Of a stretch of DNA of 35,167 bases, positions 27,441-35,167 are shown piece after piece. The stretch lies in the sequence record SRR2962707_4996. The stretch is one strand, 5' to 3'. Positions within the stretch are counted from its first letter, which is position 1. Each line of letters opens with the position of its first letter. The translations under genes were made by a program, and so were the position numbers. The notes below the pieces were generated by a model. It was not told the DNA's origin. It did not search any database and was given only the letters and a program-made list of their open reading frames with translations.

Positions 27441-27863
27441 ATGACATTTACAAAAACAATACTGACATCTGTGGCAGCTATCGCGATCACAGCTACATCT
27501 GCATTTGCAGCGGGCCATATGAAAATTGGCGTCATGGCAGAAGACCAAGACGTATCTGGCGGCACTGTAACTGCAGCTGAAGTTGTTGCCGGCGAAAATG
27601 GTTGGTTGGTTATTCACCGTTCTGAAGACGGTATGAAGCCTGGTCCGGTTCTTGGCTATGCACCGCTTAAAGAAGGCATGAATATGGATGTAGCGGCTAT
27701 TCTTACTGAGCCGGTCGCATCTGGTGATAAACTCATGCTTATGATCCACAGCGAAAAAGGTGGCATGCAAACAGGCGGCTTTGAATATACGCTTGGCGCC
27801 AAAGAAGACGGTCCAATCCGGATCGATGAGAAATTGGTCATGGCTGTTATCTCAGCGAAATAA
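27441..27863 (+). CDS. Secreted beta-rich protein (DUF7282-like)
   Basis: Signal peptide ending AFA, GWLVIH...GPVLG.APL..G motif, AGGAG RBS. Confidence 0.75.
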   Translation: MTFTKTILTSVAAIAITATSAFAAGHMKIGVMAEDQDVSGGTVTAAEVVAGENGWLVIHRSEDGMKPGPVLGYAPLKEGMNMDVAAILTEPVASGDKLMLMIHSEKGGMQTGGFEYTLGAKEDGPIRIDEKLVMAVISAK

Positions 27864-27884
27864 GCCTCAGATACAGAGTTCCCT

Positions 27885-27915
27885 AAGCCGTCCGTTCATA
27901 GCGGGCGGCTTTTTT
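27885..27915 (+). terminator. Rho-independent terminator
   Basis: AAGCCGTCCG...CGGGCGGCTT stem followed by a T-run. Confidence 0.8.
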
Positions 27916-27946
27916 ATGGCGATCAAAATCTTTTTTTGAACATATT

Positions 27947-27973
27947 TGAAACTTTTTTGCGCTGCGTCTCGTC
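27947..27973 (+). promoter_or_regulatory. Putative ECF promoter TGAAAC-N17-CGTC
   Basis: Second copy, upstream of the fasciclin gene. Confidence 0.7.
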
Positions 27974-28019
27974 TCTTCTAATGCCCATGCAAAAGCATGA
28001 TTTAAAAAGGGAGACTAAA

Positions 28020-28577
28020 ATGAGAAAATTTAACAAAGTACTCGGGTCAATCGCTGCATTGGCCATTACAATTTCTTCAACTACAGCATTTGCCATGAAC
28101 CCAGAAGTGGGCGGCGCACCAATGTTTGAAAACAAAAACATTGTTGAAAATGCCGTAAACTCAAAAGATCACACGACACTTGTTGCGGCTGTCAAAGCCG
28201 CTGGCTTGGTGGACACTTTGATGACACCTGGACCGTTCACTGTTTTCGCACCGGTCAATTCTGCTTTTGACGCATTGCCAGCAGGCACTGTCGACACATT
28301 GCTGAAGCCAGAAAGCAAAGACACTTTGGTTAAAGTGCTTACTGCACACGTGGTTGCAGGCAAACTATCAGGCGCGGATCTGATGAAAAAAGCTAAAGCC
28401 AATGGTGGTCGCTACAACATGCAGGCCGTTAGCGGCGATGCGCTGACAGCAGTTGTTAAAGGCAAAAACCTTTACATCTTTGATGAAAGCGGCGGCGCAG
28501 CAAAAGTGACAATCGCAGATGTGAACCAGTCAAATGGCGTTATCCACGTCGTGAATAAAGTTTTGCTTCCTAAATAA
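28020..28577 (+). CDS. Fasciclin (FAS1) domain secreted protein
   Basis: TLVAAVKAAGL, GPFTVFAP.N.AF, SNGVIHVV. Signal peptide. ATG 28020 follows GGGAG. Confidence 0.93.
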   Translation: MRKFNKVLGSIAALAITISSTTAFAMNPEVGGAPMFENKNIVENAVNSKDHTTLVAAVKAAGLVDTLMTPGPFTVFAPVNSAFDALPAGTVDTLLKPESKDTLVKVLTAHVVAGKLSGADLMKKAKANGGRYNMQAVSGDALTAVVKGKNLYIFDESGGAAKVTIADVNQSNGVIHVVNKVLLPK

Positions 28578-28646
28578 GCATAAACTCGCGTCTTAGCACG
28601 CAGTGTGTATGTGGCTTGCATTGCCCCTACAAGCAGGCCACTTGGG

Positions 28647-28683
28647 ATCCCTCTGTCAGCAATGGCAGGGGGATTTTCCTTTT
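28647..28683 (+). terminator. Probable Rho-independent terminator
   Basis: ATCCCTCTGTCA-GCAA-TGGCAGGGGGAT hairpin followed by a T-rich tract. Confidence 0.7.
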
Positions 28684-28689
28684 ATAAGA

Positions 28690-28716
28690 TGAAACTTTTT
28701 CGCCCGGCCACTCGTT
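28690..28716 (+). promoter_or_regulatory. Putative ECF promoter TGAAAC-N17-CGTT
   Basis: Third copy, upstream of msrB. Confidence 0.7.
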
Positions 28717-28747
28717 ACTATATATGAAACATGGAGGACTTAAGATT

Positions 28748-29260
28748 ATGAAACGCAGAAGCTTTTTAAAATATGGCGCACTATTGGGTGCTAATATCGC
28801 CGCGCTTGGCAGCGGTGTTCGCCTTGCGAATGCGCAGTCAGATCAATACCCGCCAATGTCTGGCGATATGGCTTATGAAGTGACCCGTAGCGAGGCTGAA
28901 TGGCGCGCTATGCTTAGCGAACAGCAATTTGCCGTGTTGCGAGAAGAGGCGACAGAAAAGCCAAACTCAAGCCCGCTTAACGCCGAGAAGCGTGAAGGTA
29001 CATTCCACTGCGCAGGCTGTGATTTGCCAGTGTATTCATCGGAAACAAAATTTGAGAGCGGCACAGGCTGGCCGAGCTTTTTTGATAATATCGACGATGC
29101 CGTGCGCACGAAGGAAGATAATTCCTTTTTCTCAACACGCACAGAAGTGCATTGTCGCCGTTGCGGCGGCCATTTCGGCCATATCTTCGATGATGGCCCG
29201 CAGCCAACTGGATTGCGCCACTGCCTCAACGGTGCAGCGCTGACATTTACGGCAGCGTAA
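28748..29260 (+). CDS. msrB: Peptide-methionine (R)-S-oxide reductase with Tat signal
   Basis: KRRSFLK Tat motif, two CxxC, SGTGWPSF, GHIF.DGP.PTGLRHCLNG. ATG 28748 follows GGAGG. Confidence 0.95.
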   Translation: MKRRSFLKYGALLGANIAALGSGVRLANAQSDQYPPMSGDMAYEVTRSEAEWRAMLSEQQFAVLREEATEKPNSSPLNAEKREGTFHCAGCDLPVYSSETKFESGTGWPSFFDNIDDAVRTKEDNSFFSTRTEVHCRRCGGHFGHIFDDGPQPTGLRHCLNGAALTFTAA

Positions 29261-29284
29261 AGAACAAGAAGATTTCGCCCGTAT

Positions 29285-29917
29285 TTATCGCGGGCGAATT
29301 CCTTTTAGAATGATAGACAAAACGGCTTGAGCAGACTGCTCATAAAAGCCCGGATTGTCCACCTGCTTGCCCAAAACCGCTCTGATTTGCGCGTCAAAAT
29401 CTGCATAGTGCTGCGTGGTTGCCCAAATCAAAAAGATCAAATGATGCGGATCAACAGGCGCTAACTTCCCCTCATCAATCCATTGACGAATAACTTTTGC
29501 CTTTTGGTTGACCAACGTCTTTAGGCGGGTCTCAAGAAAGACTTTGATAAGCGGTGCGCCACGCTGAATTTCATTGGCAAAGAGGCGCGAAGCTTCGGGC
29601 CGCTGATGCGACATACGTAGTTTAAATGTGATATAACGCCGCAGCTCTTCAATCGGGTCGCCATCAGCTGAAATTGACTCCAATGGATCGAGCCACATCT
29701 CAACCGTCTGCTCTAATGCTTCGCGATAGATGTCTTCTTTTGACGGAAAATAATAGAGAACATTGGTCTTTGACATCCCCGCCGTGTCGGCGATCCTGTC
29801 GAGTGTGGCACCGCGGTAGCCATTAACGGAAAACTCCGTCAGTGCGGCCTCAATAATGAGTGCGCGATTTTCAACTTGAATTCGGCTCTGCTTCTTCTTT
29901 TTTAAAACCGTCGGCAT
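29285..29917 (-). CDS. rutR: TetR family pyrimidine-utilisation regulator
   Basis: TetR HTH, SRLFANEI, and FLIWATTQHYADF typical of RutR/PydR. Divergent from the pyrimidine operon. Confidence 0.9.
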   Translation of the reverse strand: MPTVLKKKKQSRIQVENRALIIEAALTEFSVNGYRGATLDRIADTAGMSKTNVLYYFPSKEDIYREALEQTVEMWLDPLESISADGDPIEELRRYITFKLRMSHQRPEASRLFANEIQRGAPLIKVFLETRLKTLVNQKAKVIRQWIDEGKLAPVDPHHLIFLIWATTQHYADFDAQIRAVLGKQVDNPGFYEQSAQAVLSIILKGIRPR

Positions 29918-29983
29918 CCATCATCCTTCAAACTTGTTATTATCACGCTTGACCAGACTTCAATACTTTCATAGCCTCCAAAT

Positions 29984-29999
29984 TTGACCAGTTAGTCAA
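29984..29999. promoter_or_regulatory. RutR box TTGACCAGTTAGTCAA
   Basis: One mismatch to the consensus TTGACCAnnTGGTCAA. Lies between rutR and the operon. Confidence 0.8.
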
Positions 30000-30029
30000 G
30001 TTTTAAATCTGGAGGCTACAATACCTAAT

Positions 30030-31280
30030 ATGGCAGTACCGGGCGAAAATCTACGCATTAATGGCGACCGACTTTGGGACACAATTCACGAAATTGCAAA
30101 AATAGGTCCCGGCATCGCTGGTGGCTCGAACAGACAGACCGTCACCGATGAAGACGCTGAAGGGCGGGCGCTGTTTCAAAAATGGTGTGAAGACGCCGGA
30201 TTGACGATGGGCGTTGACGAAATGGGCACGATGTTCATGACCCGCCCTGGCACAGACCCTGATGCATTGCCTGTTTATGTTGGCTCGCATTTGGACACAC
30301 AGCCTACAGGCGGACGCTATGATGGCGTGCTCGGTGTTTTGGCTGGATTAGAAATCGCCCGCACCCTTAAAGATCTCGATATTAAAACAAAGCACCCCAT
30401 CGTTGTGACCAATTGGACCAATGAAGAGGGTACGCGTTTTGCTCCTGCGATGATGGCATCAGGCGTTTTTGCCGGCATTTTTTCCAAGGAATGGGCTTAC
30501 GATAAGACCGATGCCAAGGGTTTGAAATTTGGCGACGAATTAAAGCGGATTGGTTGGCTGGGCGATGAAGAAGTGGGCGCGCGCAAAATGCACGCCTTTC
30601 TCGAGCTGCATATTGAGCAAGGCCCAATTCTTGAAGCTGAAGGCAAAGATATCGGGGTTGTCACACACGGCCAAGGCCTGCGCTGGATTCAAATTACCGT
30701 TACAGGCAAAGAAAGCCATACCGGCTCAACGCCGATGCCAATGCGCAAAAATGCCGGACGCGGCCTCGCGCAAATCACTGAGCTTGTGCATCAAATTGCG
30801 ATGGACAACGCGCCCAATGCTGTGGGCGCCATCGGCCATATCGATGTGTATCCAAATAGCCGCAATATTATTCCGGGTAAGGTGGTTTTCACCGTCGATA
30901 TGCGCAGCCATGAGATTGATACGCTCACCGGCATGGTTGACCGCCTGATGGACGAAGCGCCGAAACTGTGTGAAGCGCTGGGCGTGACATTTGAAGCCGA
31001 AATCGTCGGCGAATTTGATCCGCCAGCTTTTGATGAGAAACTCGTCGGCTCTATCCGTGATGCGGCGGTGCGTCTTGGGTATTCTCATATGGACATCATA
31101 TCAGGTGCCGGTCATGATGCTTGCTGGATTAACCGTGTGGCACCGACAGCCATGATTATGTGCCCTTGCGTTGATGGCCTATCGCACAATGAAGCCGAAG
31201 ACATTTCCAAGGAATGGGCAAGCGCTGGCTGTGATGTGCTCTTCCACGCAGTGATCGAAGCAGCGGAGATTGTTGGGTGA
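30030..31280 (+). CDS. pydC: Beta-ureidopropionase / N-carbamoyl-amino acid hydrolase (M20 Zn hydrolase)
   Basis: GSHLDTQPTGG, NEEG.RF, ELHIEQGP, SGAGHDA, SHNEAE. Context with dihydropyrimidinase. Confidence 0.9.
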   Translation: MAVPGENLRINGDRLWDTIHEIAKIGPGIAGGSNRQTVTDEDAEGRALFQKWCEDAGLTMGVDEMGTMFMTRPGTDPDALPVYVGSHLDTQPTGGRYDGVLGVLAGLEIARTLKDLDIKTKHPIVVTNWTNEEGTRFAPAMMASGVFAGIFSKEWAYDKTDAKGLKFGDELKRIGWLGDEEVGARKMHAFLELHIEQGPILEAEGKDIGVVTHGQGLRWIQITVTGKESHTGSTPMPMRKNAGRGLAQITELVHQIAMDNAPNAVGAIGHIDVYPNSRNIIPGKVVFTVDMRSHEIDTLTGMVDRLMDEAPKLCEALGVTFEAEIVGEFDPPAFDEKLVGSIRDAAVRLGYSHMDIISGAGHDACWINRVAPTAMIMCPCVDGLSHNEAEDISKEWASAGCDVLFHAVIEAAEIVG

Positions 31281-31330
31281 TTTAGTTCACCCCGCTCTAC
31301 TGAGTAACAATATTAAATAGGAATAGCACC

Positions 31331-32785
31331 ATGACCAAAATCATCAAAAACGGCACCATTGTCACTGCAGACCTGACCTATAAGGCCGATGTGAAAATTG
31401 AAGATGGTATCATCACGGAAATTGGCCCGAATCTTTCCGGCGGTGAAGAGCTGGATGCGACCGGTTGTTATGTGATGCCGGGCGGCATTGACCCGCATGT
31501 GCATTTGGAAATGCCTTTTATGGGCACCTATTCTTCTGATGATTTTGAAAGCGGCACGCGCGCGGCCTTAGCGGGCGGCACCACAATGGTGGTTGATTTC
31601 TGCCTGCCTAATCCGGACCAATCATTGCTTGATGCGCTGCAGCGCTGGGACAATAAATCGACCCGCGCCAATTGCGACTATTCCTTCCACATGGCGATCA
31701 CATGGTGGGGCGAACAGGTATTCAACGAGATGGAAACCATCGTCAACGACAAAGGCATCAACACCTTTAAGCACTTCTTGGCCTATAAGGGCGCGTTGAT
31801 GGTCAATGATGATGAACTTTATAACTCATTTAAACGCTGTGCAGCGCTGGGCGCAACGCCGATGGTTCATGCAGAAAACGGCGATGTGATCGCCGAGCTT
31901 TCTGCCAAACTTCTCGCCGAAGGCAATAATGGCCCTGAGGCTCATGCCTATTCGCGGCCATCACAAGTGGAAGGTGAAGCCACCAATCGCGCCATCATGA
32001 TTGCTGATATGGCGGGCGCACCGCTTTATGTGGTGCACACATCCTGCGAAGAATCCCACGAAGCCATTCGCCGCGCTAAATTGAATGGCAAACGCGTTTG
32101 GGGTGAGCCGCTGATCCAGCATCTAACACTGGACGAAAGTGAATATTTCAACGCGGATTGGGACCATGCAGCGCGGCGCGTTATGTCACCGCCATTCCGC
32201 AATAAAAGCCATCAAGATTCGCTCTGGGCCGGTTTGCAATCTGGTTCTCTTTCTGTTGTTGCAACGGACCACTGCGCGTTCACCACCGAGCAAAAACGCT
32301 TTGGCGTTGGCGATTTCACAAAAATTCCGAACGGTACAGGCGGCTTGGAAGATCGTATTCCAATGCTTTGGACCTATGGCGTTGCCACCGGCCGCATCAC
32401 CATGAACGAGTTCGTTGCGGTGACATCGACCAATATTGCCAAGATCATGAATATGTATCCGAAAAAAGGTGCGATCCTCGTCGGCTCTGATGCCGATATT
32501 GTTGTGCTTGATCCAAACAAAGAAAAGACAATTACTGCCAACGCACAGCAATCAGCGATTGACTACAATGTGTTTGAAGGCAAACATGTCAAAGGCTTAC
32601 CGCGCTTTACCTTATCGCGCGGTCATGTCTCAGTGATGGACGGGGAAATGCGGACGCAAGAAGGTCATGGCAAATTTGTTAAACGGGCGCCAAACGCGCC
32701 GGTGAACGCCGCCCTTTCAAAATGGAAAGAGCTGACCGCCCCAACACCGGTAAAACGCACCGGTATTCCAGCGACAGGGGTTTAA
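31331..32785 (+). CDS. hydA: Dihydropyrimidinase
   Basis: GGIDPHVHLEMPFMG, FLAYKG, HAENG, HAYSRP, VMSPP, TDHC. Confidence 0.95.
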   Translation: MTKIIKNGTIVTADLTYKADVKIEDGIITEIGPNLSGGEELDATGCYVMPGGIDPHVHLEMPFMGTYSSDDFESGTRAALAGGTTMVVDFCLPNPDQSLLDALQRWDNKSTRANCDYSFHMAITWWGEQVFNEMETIVNDKGINTFKHFLAYKGALMVNDDELYNSFKRCAALGATPMVHAENGDVIAELSAKLLAEGNNGPEAHAYSRPSQVEGEATNRAIMIADMAGAPLYVVHTSCEESHEAIRRAKLNGKRVWGEPLIQHLTLDESEYFNADWDHAARRVMSPPFRNKSHQDSLWAGLQSGSLSVVATDHCAFTTEQKRFGVGDFTKIPNGTGGLEDRIPMLWTYGVATGRITMNEFVAVTSTNIAKIMNMYPKKGAILVGSDADIVVLDPNKEKTITANAQQSAIDYNVFEGKHVKGLPRFTLSRGHVSVMDGEMRTQEGHGKFVKRAPNAPVNAALSKWKELTAPTPVKRTGIPATGV

Positions 32786-33565
32786 GTGTCTAACATCGTT
32801 ATTTCCACGCAGAATCTCGATCTCACATTTCAGACAGCGGATACGCCAGTTCAGGCGCTGTCTGACATCAATCTCGACATTGAAAAGGGCGAATTTGTTT
32901 CGCTCATTGGCCCTTCGGGCTGTGGCAAAACCACCCTATTGCGGGTGATTGCCGATTTGGAAAAGCCAACAGGCGGCACGATTTCCGTCAATGGTATGAC
33001 ACCGGAAGAAGCGCGTATTGCACGCGCCTATGGCTATGTATTTCAGGCGGCAGCTCTTTATCCGTGGCGCACGATTGAAAAGAATGTGGGCCTTCCGCTG
33101 GAAGTCATGGGCATTGATGGCGCTGAACAGAAAAAGCGCATTGCCGATAATCTTGCGCTTGTTGATTTGGAAGGCTTTGAGAAAAAATATCCTTGGCAGC
33201 TTTCGGGCGGTATGCAGCAACGCGCTTCCATCGCGCGCGCATTGGCTGTGCAGCCTGACATGCTTTTGATGGATGAGCCTTTTGGCGCGCTTGATGAAAT
33301 TGTGCGCGATCATTTGAATTTACAATTATCCAAACTTTGGGCCCGCACGCAAAAAACCGTTGTGTTTGTCACCCACTCCATTCCCGAAGCGGTGTTTCTT
33401 TCGACCAAGATCGTGGTGATGAGCCCGCGCCCTGGTAAAATCTATGATATTATTGATTGCGATTTAGGCACGGACCGGCAACTAGAAATTCGCGAAAGTG
33501 AGGCCTTTTTGAAAATTGCCCACCGAGTGCGTGAAGGCCTAAAAGCGGGACATGCCTATGACTAA
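32786..33565 (+). CDS. ABC transporter ATP-binding protein (NitT/TauT family, pyrimidine uptake)
   Basis: GPSGCGKT, LSGGMQQR, MDEPFGALD, VTHS. Confidence 0.93.
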   Translation: MSNIVISTQNLDLTFQTADTPVQALSDINLDIEKGEFVSLIGPSGCGKTTLLRVIADLEKPTGGTISVNGMTPEEARIARAYGYVFQAAALYPWRTIEKNVGLPLEVMGIDGAEQKKRIADNLALVDLEGFEKKYPWQLSGGMQQRASIARALAVQPDMLLMDEPFGALDEIVRDHLNLQLSKLWARTQKTVVFVTHSIPEAVFLSTKIVVMSPRPGKIYDIIDCDLGTDRQLEIRESEAFLKIAHRVREGLKAGHAYD

Positions 33566-34448
33566 CAGTCCAGCCAGTTTCAAAGAACGCGTGATGCCTA
33601 TCCTCACTATTCTGGCTGCCATATTGGTGATCTGGTATATCGCCGCATACATGCTCAATGCACCCATTCAGCGCGATATCGATAAACGCGCTGGCGTCAC
33701 GTCTACTCCCATCGAACTTCTAACCAAGTCGATGTATCAGGCCAAACCCACTTTGCCTGCACCGCACCAAGTGGCGGTCAATGTGTTTGAAAATACGTTC
33801 CTGCGGAAAGTCACGAGCCGCCGCAGTCTTGTTTATAATGGCTGGGTCACGCTTTCCTCGACTTTGGTTGGCTTTCTCATGGGAACCGCGCTTGGCATCG
33901 TCATCGCCGTTGGCATTGTCCATGTGCGCACATTAGAACGCAGCCTGATGCCGTGGATCATTGCCTCGCAAACAGTGCCGGTTCTGGCTATCGCACCGAT
34001 GGTGATTGTTGTTCTTGGTGCGGTTAATATTACCGGCCTTATCCCCAAAGCGCTGATATCAACATATCTGTCGTTCTTTCCAGTGGCCGTTGGCATGGTC
34101 AAAGGTCTGCGCTCACCCGATTCCATGCACCTTGATCTGATGCAAACCTATCATGCGAGCACCTCGCAGACTTTCTGGAAACTGCGGTTTCCTGCATCTA
34201 TTCCCTATCTCTTTACCTCTATGAAAGTTGCAGTTGCCGCCAGCCTTGTTGGCGCCATCGTTGCCGAACTACCAACGGGCGCTGTGGCGGGTATTGGCGC
34301 GAAGCTTCTGGCTGGCGCTTATTACAGCCAGACGATTGAAATCTTCGCAGCTTTAGTTGCGGGTTCTGTGCTCGCCGCGTGTCTTGTTGTCTCCGTTGAT
34401 ATTGCCGGACGCATGACACAGCGGGCTATGGGCGGGAGACCGCAATGA
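33552..34448 (+). CDS. ABC transporter permease (NitT/TauT family)
   Basis: SQTVP.LAIAP and VGAIVAE motifs, TM helices. Confidence 0.9.
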   Translation: MPMTNSPASFKERVMPILTILAAILVIWYIAAYMLNAPIQRDIDKRAGVTSTPIELLTKSMYQAKPTLPAPHQVAVNVFENTFLRKVTSRRSLVYNGWVTLSSTLVGFLMGTALGIVIAVGIVHVRTLERSLMPWIIASQTVPVLAIAPMVIVVLGAVNITGLIPKALISTYLSFFPVAVGMVKGLRSPDSMHLDLMQTYHASTSQTFWKLRFPASIPYLFTSMKVAVAASLVGAIVAELPTGAVAGIGAKLLAGAYYSQTIEIFAALVAGSVLAACLVVSVDIAGRMTQRAMGGRPQ

Positions 34449-35167
34449 TGATGAAAAAGAACTGGCAATCCATAGGTGCTTTGCTTTTAGCAGCACTTGC
34501 GCTCATCAAAATGCCTTTGACATTAGCTGACGCTGCCAACCCAGTAAGTTCCACCTACACAATCACCATCTATGCCGTTATTTTGCTTGCCGCGCTTATT
34601 CCGCTTGCAAAAATCAACACAGCTACGCGCGCTGCAATCTTGTTTATCGGTGCGCATTTAGCGGCGTTTCTTCTCATTGCTACGCTCAATGGTAATCAAG
34701 GCGAAATGTCTGCGGCCTTCTTTTTGCTGATTGGCGCTGCTTGGTTGATCGCCTGCGGCAGTGTCAGCGCGCTATCTGCGTTAAACCCTAAAGAAGGCTG
34801 GATGGACAAAGCATTGCGCCTGATTATCCCTGCGATCTTTGGCGCGTGGATATTGATCCTTTGGGAAGCTGCAACGCGCGGATTTGGTGTGCCGTTTATT
34901 CTGTTGCCACCGCCAAGCGCCATCGGTGCAAAGTTTGCGTCATCTCTGCCCATTCTCGCCGCTGATGTGCGCCAGACAATTTTCAAAGCCGTATTGTTTG
35001 GCTTTGTCGTGGGAAGTCTTGCCGGTTTTCTGACTGCGGTTTTAGCGGATCGTTATCTGTTCTTAAAGCGCGGGCTCATTCCAATTGGTAATATGGTTTC
35101 TGCCCTGCCGATCATTGGCGTTGCCCCGATTATGGTCATGTGGTTCGGCTTTGACTGGCAGTCAAAA
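34445..35167 (+). CDS. ABC transporter permease, truncated by the window end
   Basis: ATGA coupling at 34445. Open frame MMMKKNWQSIG...LLPPPSAIG...ALPIIGVAPIMVMWFGFDWQSK running off the end. Confidence 0.88.
   Translation, partial: MMMKKNWQSIGALLLAALALIKMPLTLADAANPVSSTYTITIYAVILLAALIPLAKINTATRAAILFIGAHLAAFLLIATLNGNQGEMSAAFFLLIGAAWLIACGSVSALSALNPKEGWMDKALRLIIPAIFGAWILILWEAATRGFGVPFILLPPPSAIGAKFASSLPILAADVRQTIFKAVLFGFVVGSLAGFLTAVLADRYLFLKRGLIPIGNMVSALPIIGVAPIMVMWFGFDWQSK

Noticed and set aside
1-35167. CRISPR arrays, IS elements, prophage or defence genes
   Set aside because: No spaced repeat arrays, transposases, terminal inverted repeats or phage/defence motifs seen.
29285-35167. Pyrimidine operon lacking dihydropyrimidine dehydrogenase as an anomaly
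   Set aside because: The operon runs off the window, so the missing genes may lie downstream. The arrangement is otherwise ordinary.

Overview
Alphaproteobacterial-type (probably Hyphomicrobiales/Rhodobacterales-like) chromosome segment in three parts. (1) Positions 1-19674 are a ~19.6 kb genomic island integrated at the 3' end of a tRNA (probably Arg-CCG). It is bounded by a degenerate direct repeat (1-49 vs 19626-19674) and carries a decayed tyrosine-integrase remnant. Its cargo is a solitary hemC plus a compact catabolic cluster in two modules, each with its own regulator and operator motif. Upper module: polyamine-type ABC importer, aldehyde dehydrogenase, UTRA-GntR, cysteine-less racemase/decarboxylase-fold protein, FAD monooxygenase and class-III aminotransferase. 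Lower module: PrpB/ICL-family lyase, PrpR-like GntR, aconitase with altered substrate motifs, cyclic amidohydrolase and isochorismatase. My leading hypothesis (inference) is a route, not one I know to be described, for uptake and degradation of an aminomethyl N-heterocycle, best fitting porphobilinogen, to succinate + 2-oxoglutarate. (2) Positions ~19.9-23.6 kb hold three glycosyltransferases, including an Och1(GT32)-Anp1(GT62)-like fusion. (3) Positions ~23.9-35.2 kb hold more ordinary genes: a gamma-glutamyl ligase, an ECF sigma/anti-sigma pair with three matching target promoters (secreted protein, fasciclin, Tat-MsrB), and RutR with the reductive pyrimidine utilisation operon.
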